From the NCBI GenBank assembly GCA_964618975.1, contig CAZUDI010000015.1:412-64411 (forward strand): 64,000 nt of DNA, given 5' to 3'. The DNA is from an uncultured Bacteriovoracaceae bacterium. GTDB lineage: Bacteria; Desulfobacterota; Desulfomonilia; UBA1062. The translations under genes were made by a program, and so were the position numbers. The notes under the pieces were generated by a model. The model worked only from the letters and a program-made list of their open reading frames with translations, was not told where the DNA came from and did not search any database. Numbering within the stretch: the first letter of the stretch is position 1; every line of letters starts with the position of its first letter. This document shows positions 1 to 9,355 of the stretch, piece after piece.

Positions 1-91
1 AATACAACCGGATTCAATCCTTGCCACGCCCCCAGGCCCAGGTGCTTAAGCGGGCAGATGTGCCATAGGTGCGGGATGCCCCCTTTGGGCG

Positions 92-121
92 TTGACGGGT
101 GTGCCCGCTTTCCCCTAGAAT
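92..121 (+). promoter_or_regulatory. putative sigma70 promoter of the PMM/PGM gene
   Basis: TTGACG (92-97), 18-nt spacer, TAGAAT (116-121). Confidence 0.45.
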
Positions 122-247
122 GTGGCCCCGGCAATCCCCACCACTGCAGCGTAGCGCAGGTCAGACAGGAGGTTCCAGGGCCGCGAGCGGCCAGGGGCGG
201 GATAAAGGCAACAGACACCAATGAATGATAACGATACGGAGGCTGGC

Positions 248-1615
248 ATGAACCCTCAGGTTTTCAGGGAATACGATATCCGCGGCAGGGTGGGGAGCGA
301 CCTCGACGACGCCTTCGTGGCTGCTCTCGCCCGGGCCCTGGGCGTCTACTGGAGCGAGCACGGCGTGGAAAAAGTGGCCCTGGGGATGGATGCCCGCCTG
401 AGTTCCCCGGGCTTCATGGGGATCCTCACGGAGGGAATCACCGCCAGCGGGATCGACGTGGTCGATCTCGGGCAGGTGCCCACCCCCCTGATGTACTTCG
501 CCCTCTTTCGCCTGGGGCTGGATGGCGGCCTCGAGATCACCGGCTCGCACAATCCGGCCGACAACAACGGCTTCAAGATCGCGCTGGGCAAGGCCACCAT
601 CTACGGCCGGGAGATCCAGATAATCCGGGAGCTCATGCAGCAGGGGATGACGGTCACAGGCCACGGCACGCTGACGGAATGCGACCTCGTCCCCGCCTAT
701 GTGGACGAGATCCTCTCTCGTATCCGGCCCTGTCCGCGCCGGCTCAAGATCGTCATCGACCCCGGCAACGGGGTCGGCGGCCAGGCCGCCCTGGCGGTCT
801 TGGAAGGCCTGGGCATGCAGGTCACGGGCATCTGTATGCAGCCCGACGGGCAATTCCCTAACCACCATCCCGACCCCACCGTGGCCGAAGGCGTGGCCAT
901 GCTGCGCGAGGCGGTGCTGAGAGAGGGCGCCGATCTCGGCATCGGCTACGACGGCGATGCCGACCGCCTCGGCGTGATCGACTCCCGGGGAGAGGTGATC
1001 TACGGGGACATGATCACCACCGTCCTGGCGCGCGCCATCCTCTCCGAACACCCCGGAGCGAAGATCATCGGCGAGGTCAAGAGCTCGAAGGTGCTCTTCG
1101 ACGAGGTGGCCCTTGCAGGCGGGGTGCCCATCATGGGCCGGGTGGGGCACTCGCTGATGAAGGCGCGCCTGATGGAGGAACAGGCGGCCCTGGCCGGCGA
1201 GATGAGCGGCCATATCTTCTTCAACGACCGCTGGTTCGGCTTCGACGACGCCGTCTACGCCTCGGCGCGCCTGGTGGAGATCCTCTCCAACGCAGAATCC
1301 CCCCAGGCGATCTTCGACAGTCTGCCCCGCATGGTGAACACCCCCGAGATCCGCCTGGATTGCCCGGACGAGATCAAGTTCCGCGTGGTCGAGGACTTCA
1401 CGGCCTATGCCCGGGAGCGCTACGAACGCTGCGTGGATATCGACGGCGTACGCTTCGAGGACGGCTCCGCCTGGGGCCTGGTGCGCCCCTCGAACACCCA
1501 GCCGGTGATCGTGCTGCGCTTCGAGGCCGCCGACGCCCATGGTCTCGAGTGTATTGAGAAGGATACGCGCGCCCGCCTGGATGAGATCGTCAGCATCCAT
1601 GCAGACGGCACCTGA
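248..1615 (+). CDS. algC: phosphomannomutase/phosphoglucomutase (AlgC-like)
   Basis: FREYDIRG N-terminus, catalytic ITGSHNP loop, metal loop DGDADR, GEMSGH. Start moved from 221 to MNPQVF. Confidence 0.92.
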   Translation: MNPQVFREYDIRGRVGSDLDDAFVAALARALGVYWSEHGVEKVALGMDARLSSPGFMGILTEGITASGIDVVDLGQVPTPLMYFALFRLGLDGGLEITGSHNPADNNGFKIALGKATIYGREIQIIRELMQQGMTVTGHGTLTECDLVPAYVDEILSRIRPCPRRLKIVIDPGNGVGGQAALAVLEGLGMQVTGICMQPDGQFPNHHPDPTVAEGVAMLREAVLREGADLGIGYDGDADRLGVIDSRGEVIYGDMITTVLARAILSEHPGAKIIGEVKSSKVLFDEVALAGGVPIMGRVGHSLMKARLMEEQAALAGEMSGHIFFNDRWFGFDDAVYASARLVEILSNAESPQAIFDSLPRMVNTPEIRLDCPDEIKFRVVEDFTAYARERYERCVDIDGVRFEDGSAWGLVRPSNTQPVIVLRFEAADAHGLECIEKDTRARLDEIVSIHADGT

Positions 1616-1900
1616 ATAAACGGAATTAAGCAATAACGGCTCGACCTCTCCCAGGCCCCCTCCTTTCCAGGAGGTGGCTGTCGCTTCTGAACGGGTGGAG
1701 AAAGGGCCGCAGACTGCGCGTCTCCCCGGGGGATGGACGGGCGTGTTTTATGTAACTCGCCGGGAATAAAGCAGGCTTCTATGCGTCAGGGCCCCCGCGG
1801 GAGCACCTGTGTCCTTCGGCCTTGTGCCGGGAGAGTTTTTCATATAATTATTCCAGTGATAGATCGTTGCTGGGGAATCATGGTGAAGAGGGGTTCGATT

Positions 1901-2578
1901 ATGAAGCAAAGAACGGTTGCGGTGCTGGTGGCCTTGCTGGCTTTGATGCTGTCGCCCGACGCAGTGGTCATGGCCAAGGGCATGTATGTGCGAGACTGGA
2001 TCACCATCTCGGTCCGCAGCGGCCCCTATGACGATGCCAAGATAATCGGCATGGCCAACACGAACGACTACCTGGAGATCGTCGACGAGCGCGATCAGTG
2101 GTCCAAGGTCAGGATCCCGGCCGGCAAGGATGGCTGGGTGCAGAACCGCTTCCTCACGGACAAGACCCCCAAGGCCCTGATCATCGATCAGCTCAATGAG
2201 AAGGTCCAGTCGCTGTCCGAGGATATCCGGACGCAGCGGGAGGAGAACAAACAGCTCAGCAAGGAGAACCGGGAACAGAAGTTCAGGATCAGCAGCCTGA
2301 CCAAGGAGATCGAGGGCGCCCGCAAGGACTATGAGGACCTCCAGAAGGCCTCGAGTTCCTACATGGATCTCAAGACCGACTATGATACCCTCAAGGCCCG
2401 CGACACGCAGCGCTCCGGGGACATGGAGCTTCTGCTCAAGGAAAACCGGCGCCTGAAGACCTCGGAACGCATGGTCTTCACCCTCATCGGGGGGGGGTTC
2501 ATCGTCCTGGGGCTGGTGCTGGGGATCATCCTGCAGACCCTGAGGTCCAGGCCCAAGAAGTCGGGCTTCCGCTTTTAG
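1901..2578 (+). CDS. SH3-domain coiled-coil membrane protein (TIGR04211/YgiM-like)
   Basis: Signal peptide, SH3b-like segment (YVRDWITISVRSGP...WSKVR...GWV), long coiled coil, C-terminal TM helix with basic tail. Confidence 0.8.
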   Translation: MKQRTVAVLVALLALMLSPDAVVMAKGMYVRDWITISVRSGPYDDAKIIGMANTNDYLEIVDERDQWSKVRIPAGKDGWVQNRFLTDKTPKALIIDQLNEKVQSLSEDIRTQREENKQLSKENREQKFRISSLTKEIEGARKDYEDLQKASSSYMDLKTDYDTLKARDTQRSGDMELLLKENRRLKTSERMVFTLIGGGFIVLGLVLGIILQTLRSRPKKSGFRF

Positions 2579-2591
2579 GCAGGGGGCGTGT

Positions 2592-3575
2592 ATGCTGAAG
2601 AAATACGATAAGTTGAGCCACCAGGTCACCTTCCAGGGCATCTTGAGGGCGCGCAGTGCCCTGCGGCAGTATCTCAAGCCCACCAACCTCATCTATTACT
2701 CCGAGTTGAGCCGGCTCGTCGGGGCCGAGACCTTCGTCAAGCATGAGAATCATCAGCCCACGGGATCCTTCAAGATCCGGGGGGCGGTGAACTTCCTCCA
2801 TGCCCTGCCGAAAGAAGAGGTGGAGAACGGGGTGCTGGTGGCAACCCGCGGCAACCACGGCTTTGCCATGGCCTGGGCGGCGCAGTGGTTCAAGACCCCC
2901 TGCACCGTGGTGGTGCCCGAGCATAACAACCCCGAGACCAACCGCATCATCGAGGGCTGCGGGGCCGAGCTCATCGAGCACGGGCAGGACTTCTACGACG
3001 CCCAGTTCTACTGCGACGAACTGGTCAACGCCGCCGGCTACTACTACGTGGAGCAGGGCAATGAGCCCGAGATTCTCAACGGGCTGGGGACCATGGGGCT
3101 CGAAATCTTCGAGGACCTCCCGGATGTGGATGTGATCATCTGCCCTGTTGGCGGCGGGTCCGGCTGCGCCTCGCTGATCCGCGTGGCCAAGGCCATCAAT
3201 GCCCAGGTGGAGATCATCGGGGTCCAGGCCGAGAAGGCCCCCGCCTTCTACCAGGCCTGGAAACGGGGGGAGTGGTGCGTGTTGGATGAGGCATCCACCC
3301 TCGCCGACGGCCTGGCTGCCCGCAGCGTCTTCCAGCTGCCCTATTTCATCATGAAGGACACCATCGACGATGTGGTGCTGCTCAGCGAGGAGGAGCTCCT
3401 GGAAGGGATCCGCCTGGCGCTGGAGGCGACCCACAACCTGGCCGAGGCGGCCGGGGCGGCGTCCATCATGGCCGCCCTCAAGCTCAGGGAGCGCCTGGCC
3501 GGCAAAAAGGTGGTGCTGGTCATGTCCGGGGGTAACATCGACCGCGAAAACCTTAACCGTGCCCTGAAGCCCTGA
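2592..3575 (+). CDS. PLP-dependent threonine/serine dehydratase family protein
   Basis: ENHQPTGSFKIRGA PLP-lysine motif, TRGNHG, PVGGGSG glycine loop, C-terminal SGGNID. Confidence 0.88.
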   Translation: MLKKYDKLSHQVTFQGILRARSALRQYLKPTNLIYYSELSRLVGAETFVKHENHQPTGSFKIRGAVNFLHALPKEEVENGVLVATRGNHGFAMAWAAQWFKTPCTVVVPEHNNPETNRIIEGCGAELIEHGQDFYDAQFYCDELVNAAGYYYVEQGNEPEILNGLGTMGLEIFEDLPDVDVIICPVGGGSGCASLIRVAKAINAQVEIIGVQAEKAPAFYQAWKRGEWCVLDEASTLADGLAARSVFQLPYFIMKDTIDDVVLLSEEELLEGIRLALEATHNLAEAAGAASIMAALKLRERLAGKKVVLVMSGGNIDRENLNRALKP

Positions 3576-3581
3576 TCCCTG

Positions 3582-4493
3582 CTAGCCCAGATTCTCGGTC
3601 ACGGCGTAGTAGTTTTCCCACTTGGAGTCGATTTGCGCCTGGATGCGCTGAAGCACCTCGTCGTCCAAAAGCCGGAAGCGCCGCTGGGAGCGGTAGTATT
3701 CGCTCACCGGCACAAGCTTGCGCTTCTCGAGGATCTTGCGGGAGGCCCCCGTCAGGTTGAACTGGAAGTTTTCCACCTCGTACAGGTCGAAGACCCCCGT
3801 CTCCACGGCGAGCTTGCCCACCTTGACCGCATAGCGCGGGTCGAAACCCCACCCGGGCGGGCAGGGGATGTGGATGTGGATGTATTTCGTGCCGGGCAGA
3901 TCCTTGGCCTTGATGATCTTGTCATAGAGATCCAGCGGATAGGCGGCCGAGCAGGTGGCCACATAACTGATGCCGTGGGCGGCCAGGATGGCCGGGACGT
4001 TCTTCTTGCGTTGGAGCTTGCCCAGCAGGGGGGTATTGGCGGTGATGGCCCCCTCGGGTGTGGTCCCGGAGCGTTGGACCCCGGTATTCATGTAGCCCTC
4101 GTTGTCGTAGCAGAAGTAGATGAAGTTGTCGCCCCTCTCACAGGCCCCCGAGAGGGCCTGCAGCCCGATATCGCTCGTACCGCCGTCGCCGGCCCAACCC
4201 GCCACGGTGATCCCCTGCCGGCCCCGGGCCTTGAGCGCCCCCAGCAGGCCCGTGGCCGCGGCCGCGGTGGAGGCAAAGGTGACGTTCAGGCAGGGCAGCT
4301 TGGTCGCGGCAATGGGGTAGAGCCCCTGCAGCACGGTCAGGCAGCTCGGCGGCACGACGAGGAGGGTGTTTTTTCCCAGGGCCTTGAGCCCGATACGGTA
4401 GGCAATGGCCAGCGCGCAGCCCGAACAGGCCCGCGTTCCGGGCTGGACGAACTCCTCTTCCGGAAGGCTCAGGATCGTGGTCTTTGCATGCAT
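3582..4493 (-). CDS. porB: 2-oxoacid:ferredoxin oxidoreductase beta subunit (TPP-binding)
   Basis: GTRACSGC, GDGG...YDNEGYMNTGVQRS TPP motif, PCPPGW. Confidence 0.9.
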   Translation of the reverse strand: MHAKTTILSLPEEEFVQPGTRACSGCALAIAYRIGLKALGKNTLLVVPPSCLTVLQGLYPIAATKLPCLNVTFASTAAAATGLLGALKARGRQGITVAGWAGDGGTSDIGLQALSGACERGDNFIYFCYDNEGYMNTGVQRSGTTPEGAITANTPLLGKLQRKKNVPAILAAHGISYVATCSAAYPLDLYDKIIKAKDLPGTKYIHIHIPCPPGWGFDPRYAVKVGKLAVETGVFDLYEVENFQFNLTGASRKILEKRKLVPVSEYYRSQRRFRLLDDEVLQRIQAQIDSKWENYYAVTENLG

Positions 4494-4557
4494 CTTCGTG
4501 TTCCTCTCTTGGCCGGGTCAGGGGCCTCACGGCGAAATAAAGTCCCCCCGGCGACAA

Positions 4558-5751
4558 TCAGATCTTCAGCCCGATCCAGCCCATGGCGGGAACGGCTTCC
4601 TTCCCCCGGGTGCAGGCACGGCGTAGCGCGTCCTCGAGGTCCGCAGTCCTGATCTCCCGGCCGCCCAGGCCCAGGATGAAGTGCTCGAGCTCGGGACGCT
4701 TGGGGGTGTTGTACAGGGCGGCCTTGATGTCCGCGCTCAGGGCGCCTTCGTACCCGTAGCTCAGGGCCTTTTCGAAGACAACCACCCGCCGGGCCTTTCT
4801 CAAGACCGCGGCGATCTGCTGGTCGGGGAACGGCCGGTACAGGCGCACGCTGGCGACCCCGAGGGCCAGGCCCTCTTTCCTCAGAATCTCGGCCACATCG
4901 CGCAGCTGGTAGGAAAGCGACCCCAGCGCCACGGCGATGAACTCGGCATCGTCGCAGCGGTAGGTCTCAACATAGGGATCGCTGCTGCGGTCGAAGGTAT
5001 CCTGAAAGCGTTTTTCAACCTGTGAGGCGGCGTCCAGCGCCCCGCGCAGGTCCTCCTGCAGGAGGTAGCGGATTTCCATATACCCGTGGGCCATCCTCCC
5101 GTGCACGTCCGGCCGGGGCTCCGGCAGGGTCACGGTGTTGAGGTTGGCGGGACGCTCCGGGTCCAGGACGTAATCCGGCCGATAGGGTGGCAGGAAGGCA
5201 TCCGCCTGGGCCTGATCGGGCACCTCGAAGGGCATGTAGGTGTGGGAGAGGAGGTAGCCGTCATAGCAGACCATGACCGGGATGCTGGTCTGCTCGGCCA
5301 GCAGGAAGGCCTTGAGCACCGCGTCGATGATCTGCTGGTGGTCGTTGACATACATCTGGATCCAGCCGGTGTCGCGCTGGGAGATGGAATCCTGATGGTC
5401 GTTCCAGACGGTCCAGGGCGAGCCCACGCCCCGGTTGACCACGCACATCACGATCGGCAGCCGGGCGCCTGCCGCCCAGTGGATCTGTTCGTGCATGTAC
5501 AAAAGCCCGTTGGCGCTCGTGGCGGTGAAGGCCCGCGCCCCGGCGCTGGCGGCCGCGATGCAGACTGCCAGGGCCGAATGCTCGCTCTCCACCGGGATGT
5601 ACTCGGCTTGCATGTCGCCGGATTCGATGTATTCCGAGAGCTTCTCCGTGACCGGGGTCTGGGGGGTGATGGGGTAGGCCGCGATCACCTGGGCCCGGGC
5701 GAGTTTCACCCCCAGGGCGGCGGCCACATTTCCGGATTCAATGATGTGCAT
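4558..5751 (-). CDS. porA: 2-oxoacid:ferredoxin oxidoreductase alpha subunit
   Basis: AAYPITPQT, VESEHSA, TATSANGL. Start MHIIESGN at 5751 overlaps the delta gene. Confidence 0.9.
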   Translation of the reverse strand: MHIIESGNVAAALGVKLARAQVIAAYPITPQTPVTEKLSEYIESGDMQAEYIPVESEHSALAVCIAAASAGARAFTATSANGLLYMHEQIHWAAGARLPIVMCVVNRGVGSPWTVWNDHQDSISQRDTGWIQMYVNDHQQIIDAVLKAFLLAEQTSIPVMVCYDGYLLSHTYMPFEVPDQAQADAFLPPYRPDYVLDPERPANLNTVTLPEPRPDVHGRMAHGYMEIRYLLQEDLRGALDAASQVEKRFQDTFDRSSDPYVETYRCDDAEFIAVALGSLSYQLRDVAEILRKEGLALGVASVRLYRPFPDQQIAAVLRKARRVVVFEKALSYGYEGALSADIKAALYNTPKRPELEHFILGLGGREIRTADLEDALRRACTRGKEAVPAMGWIGLKI

Positions 5752-6064
5752 CGTCGGCCTGGTCCTCCTCTGTGATGAAGCGGGCTTCCTCCACCATGGT
5801 GATGGCCTTGGTGGGGCATTCCTCGGCACAGATGCCGCAGCCCTTGCAGTATTCGAGGTCGATGGTGGGCGGGATGGTCTGGGTGATCACCGCATCGGGG
5901 CAGTACAGCCAGCAGATGAAGCAGGCCTTGGCGTTGCGTTTGACCGGGATGCAGAGATTCGGATCCAGCACGGGGCGTAACACCCGCCAGGAGCCGGTCC
6001 GTCCGCCGTCGCCGGGGCCGGTTTCGCTGTGCGATGTGATCTTTCCGCATTCCCTGGTGCCCAT
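5738..6064 (-). CDS. porD: 2-oxoacid:ferredoxin oxidoreductase delta subunit (2x[4Fe-4S])
   Basis: TGSWRVLRP, C...CFICWLYCP and YCKGCGICAEECP. Confidence 0.9.
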   Translation of the reverse strand: MGTRECGKITSHSETGPGDGGRTGSWRVLRPVLDPNLCIPVKRNAKACFICWLYCPDAVITQTIPPTIDLEYCKGCGICAEECPTKAITMVEEARFITEEDQADDAHH

Positions 6065-6065
6065 C

Positions 6066-6644
6066 TTAAGCCCCTCCGATACAGGTCTGATCGTACGCCA
6101 GGCCCGCGGCCCGGGCGTTTTCTTCCGGTTTGATGCCCTGGAATTCCTCGCGGATGGCCTGGGTCAGGAGCCCCATATCCATATTCATGAAGTCGCAGGC
6201 CCGCGCCAGGCTGCCGATGATGCCGCTGTTGACCACGCCCTTGGGCAATCCGGCCTGACCCGCGAGCGAGGTGATGTCGCAGGTCGCCACCCTGATGCCA
6301 TTGGATGCGTAGTTGGTCGGTTTAAGAGGCGAATTCAGCACCAGGGTTCCCCGGTCCTTGAGCCCGTGCAGGACATCCACCTCGCCCAGTAGTAGGTGGT
6401 CGAGCACCACCACCACGTCCGGGAATTCGATCGGCGAGAGGTCGTAGATCTTGTCCCGGGAAATCTTGAGGGAGGTGAATACCGGGGCCCCCCGGCGTTC
6501 CGTGCCGAAGGTGGGCACCATGACGATGCCCCGGTAGCCCGCCTCAAAGCCTGCCTTGGCGACGATCTTGGCGGCCGTAATGGCGCCCTGGCCACCCCGG
6601 CCGTGCCATCTGATTCCGATCATGTCTGTCTTCATTCTCTCCAC
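6066..6644 (-). CDS. 2-oxoacid:ferredoxin oxidoreductase gamma subunit
   Basis: IRWHGRGGQGA, FGTERRGAPV motifs of the PorC/PorG gamma subunit. Confidence 0.9.
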   Translation of the reverse strand: MERMKTDMIGIRWHGRGGQGAITAAKIVAKAGFEAGYRGIVMVPTFGTERRGAPVFTSLKISRDKIYDLSPIEFPDVVVVLDHLLLGEVDVLHGLKDRGTLVLNSPLKPTNYASNGIRVATCDITSLAGQAGLPKGVVNSGIIGSLARACDFMNMDMGLLTQAIREEFQGIKPEENARAAGLAYDQTCIGGA

Positions 6645-6674
6645 CTGCAGGCCTTTCTCGCCTGTCGTACGTGT

Positions 6675-6706
6675 GTGCGTTCATGATGCCTATCGGATGA
6701 ACGCAC
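6675..6706. promoter_or_regulatory. 10-bp inverted repeat between lrp-like gene and the oxidoreductase operon (operator or terminator)
   Basis: GTGCGTTCAT (6675-6684), 12 nt, ATGAACGCAC (6697-6706); perfect arms. Confidence 0.45.
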
Positions 6707-6736
6707 CGATGCAATTAATACACAACGATCAGGATT

Positions 6737-7201
6737 TCAATTCGGAATCACCCATTTGTTGTAGCTCTTGAGGAGCAGGAAGGTTTCGGTCTTGCCGATG
6801 CCTTCGATGCCCGAGAGCTCATTGGAGAGGAAGTGGATGATGCCCCTGTTGGAATCCACGAGGATCTCGACCAGGAAATCGTAGCGGCCGGAGACGACCG
6901 CGACGTTCCGGACGCTCGGCAGCTCCGCGATCTGGCGTCCGATACTCTCGAGGCCGGAGGCGGATTGGACTTCCAGGGCGATCAGCGCCACCACCTGGTC
7001 TTCGAAGGCCTCGTGATTGATCAGACCGGAGATGCGCACCTGTCCGGACTGAATCAGCCTGTTCAGGCGATTCCGTATGGTAGCCTCCGCCAGGCCGAGG
7101 TTCTGGGCCATGGCCTTGGCCGTGATCCGGCCGTCATGCGCGAGGAGATCGATGATCAAGCGATCGGTTTCGTCAAAGCGCTCCCTTGTCAATGTGTTCA
7201 C
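6737..7201 (-). CDS. Lrp/AsnC family transcriptional regulator
   Basis: DETDRLIIDLL...DGR...AQNLGLAEATIRNRLNRL wHTH; VSGRYDF RAM domain. Confidence 0.9.
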   Translation of the reverse strand: MNTLTRERFDETDRLIIDLLAHDGRITAKAMAQNLGLAEATIRNRLNRLIQSGQVRISGLINHEAFEDQVVALIALEVQSASGLESIGRQIAELPSVRNVAVVSGRYDFLVEILVDSNRGIIHFLSNELSGIEGIGKTETFLLLKSYNKWVIPN

Positions 7202-7319
7202 ACCGCCTTCCTGAGGATCCTCAAGCGACTATATATCAATCCGATTTTTTGATCAAGGCACATACTTTGCATTGTTTATTGAAAAACGTGGCATAGGACG
7301 TGCGAGCTGACGGGGAGGG

Positions 7320-8309
7320 ATGAATATGATCGTAAAGGAACTCAACCAGAGAGGGCAGAGTCGGCCCCAGTTTTCAAAGGATTATGGGCCCACCCGACCG
7401 CTGGCCCTCTTCACGGAGAGCATGGTCGCGCTCCTCTCCAGTACCACCACCCACTCGGCCTTCGTGGACCTTGTTTCCCTCATGGGGCAGACTTTTCCCC
7501 TGGCCGCCCCCTCGGTGTACGTGCTGCAGGAGACTGGTGCGGCCAAGGTGTATTCGGTGCTCGAACGGGATCAGGGCGGCAGGGACGATGCCGTGCGCGT
7601 GCTGGGCACCAAGCAGTTCTCCTATGTACGCCTGCAGATCGGGGGGCACCCCCCCATGCTCAAGGAGCGTCTGGATCTCACCCTCATGGGAAGCTCCCAG
7701 GTGCGGGTGATCGTGTCGATCAACTCGGGGATTCATGACGAGATCTTCCGTGAATGGGTCAAATTATTGGCGCCCGCCGTGGCAAAAATGATGGATAACG
7801 AGCAGCTGCGGGACCTCGCCTTCCGGGACGCCCTGACCGGGGTGATGAACTACCGGGCCTTCAGGGAGATGGTCCAGGCCGAATGCGACCGCTGCTGCCG
7901 CTATAACACCACCTTTTCCCTCATCATGCTGGATATCGACTGGTTCAAACGCATCAATGACCGTTTCGGCCATCAGATGGGCGATTCAGTGCTTAGAGAT
8001 GTGGCCGTACGCCTGCTGCAGTGCGTACGCAAGTCGGACCTCGTGTTCCGCTATGGCGGCGAGGAATTCGCGATCCTCATGCCCCATACCGACCTGGAAA
8101 AGGCGCTCAACCTGGCGGAACGGATCCGGCGCGCCGTGGAACGCATGCGCTTCGGGGGCGATACGGGCATCACGGTCAGCCTGGGGGTGAGTCAATATGA
8201 GGATGGACTTGCCCCGCACGATCTTGTAAAACGCTCGGACAGGGGACTCTATCTCGCCAAGGAGAAGGGCCGCAACCGAACCGAAACGCTCCACAGGGAT
8301 GGGAAATGA
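7320..8309 (+). CDS. diguanylate cyclase (GGEEF) with uncharacterised N-terminal domain
   Basis: DALTG, DIDWFKRINDRFGHQMGD, RKSD I-site, RYGGEEF. Confidence 0.9.
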   Translation: MNMIVKELNQRGQSRPQFSKDYGPTRPLALFTESMVALLSSTTTHSAFVDLVSLMGQTFPLAAPSVYVLQETGAAKVYSVLERDQGGRDDAVRVLGTKQFSYVRLQIGGHPPMLKERLDLTLMGSSQVRVIVSINSGIHDEIFREWVKLLAPAVAKMMDNEQLRDLAFRDALTGVMNYRAFREMVQAECDRCCRYNTTFSLIMLDIDWFKRINDRFGHQMGDSVLRDVAVRLLQCVRKSDLVFRYGGEEFAILMPHTDLEKALNLAERIRRAVERMRFGGDTGITVSLGVSQYEDGLAPHDLVKRSDRGLYLAKEKGRNRTETLHRDGK

Positions 8310-9139
8310 ATATCGATAAGCTGCTCAACGTGAAGAACGGGGTGGTCGTGCAAACCTCCGGCGGGGCCCAGCTGTCCGGCCGGGTGGTGGAGATCGGGGA
8401 CCAGGATGAGTTCGTCTTCGCCCCCGATAGCGCCGAGGAGATCCAGGACGGAACCCTGGTGAAGATTTCCGATGGCAAGGATTCCGTGCTCTCCACCGTC
8501 AGGGCCAGGGGGGACGCCGGCATCCGCATGGCGATCGAATGCAATGTGTCGCCGGGGCAGGAACGCCGGCAGGACGTGCGCATCTACGACAAGATCTATT
8601 TCCAGGAAAGGCTCATCTGCCATGCCGTCGATAAGGGCCGCGCCCTGGTTGAGGCCCTGGAACGCATCCGGGCCAACAAGCTCATTATCGATTCCTTTCT
8701 CAAGGGTAAATACGGCCCCCCGGGGGCCGACGAGATACCCCATACCCGGGAGGCGCCTTTCAACCAGGCCCTGTGGGAGGTCAACCGCAAGCTGGATCTG
8801 CTTATCCATATGACCCTGACCGCGGATTTCAGAACCCTCATGCAGACCTCCCCGGCCGAGGTGAACATCTCGGCCTCGGGCATCCGCTTTATCACGAACC
8901 ATGCATATGCCGAAGGGGATGTCCTGGAGGTGGAAATGATTCTGCCCATGGTCCCCCTGTTGTTCATGCGCCTGGCCGCGGAGGTCATCCGCGTCAAGCC
9001 GGTCACGAGCTATGAGGTCGAGCGCTTCGCCGTGGCCACCCGCTTCCTGGAGACCGACCCCGGAGACAAGGACGACATCATCCGCTATCTGTTCCGGCGT
9101 CAGCGGGAGATCCTCAGGCGCCGGCAGGGCGCTCGCTGA
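8306..9139 (+). CDS. PilZ-domain protein
   Basis: RRQDVR (RxxxR) and NISASG ((D/N)xSxxG). ATGA overlap with the cyclase. Confidence 0.8.
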   Translation: MNIDKLLNVKNGVVVQTSGGAQLSGRVVEIGDQDEFVFAPDSAEEIQDGTLVKISDGKDSVLSTVRARGDAGIRMAIECNVSPGQERRQDVRIYDKIYFQERLICHAVDKGRALVEALERIRANKLIIDSFLKGKYGPPGADEIPHTREAPFNQALWEVNRKLDLLIHMTLTADFRTLMQTSPAEVNISASGIRFITNHAYAEGDVLEVEMILPMVPLLFMRLAAEVIRVKPVTSYEVERFAVATRFLETDPGDKDDIIRYLFRRQREILRRRQGAR

Positions 9140-9317
9140 GGCCTACCGGCCGGCCCCGAGAAGTCTTCACCTCAAGCGACATCCCCCCGCACAAGGAGGC
9201 ATCCCTATGGGCGAGGGAAGGTCTTCTGTCTCAGCCGAAGGCCGCCCTCCATGGTCTGTTGCCTTGAGAAACGCTGTCCTTGCCTGATGCACTCCGGGCA
9301 AGGGGCGGCATTTCGCA

Positions 9318-9347
9318 TTGACACCGGATAACCGAGCCGCCTATAGT
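9318..9347 (+). promoter_or_regulatory. putative sigma70 promoter of mrcB
   Basis: TTGACA (9318-9323), 18 nt, TATAGT (9342-9347); GTG start 8 nt downstream. Confidence 0.55.
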
Positions 9348-9355
9348 CAGTCCCT

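Noticed and set aside
1-30. tRNA T-arm-like GGATTCAATCC at the window start
   Set aside because: The stem does not extend to 5 bp and no acceptor stem can be formed
7289-7304. GG-N10-GC sigma54-like site before the diguanylate cyclase (TGGCATAGGACGTGC)
   Set aside because: The -12 element is non-consensus and the implied start would fall inside the SD; not supportable without TSS data
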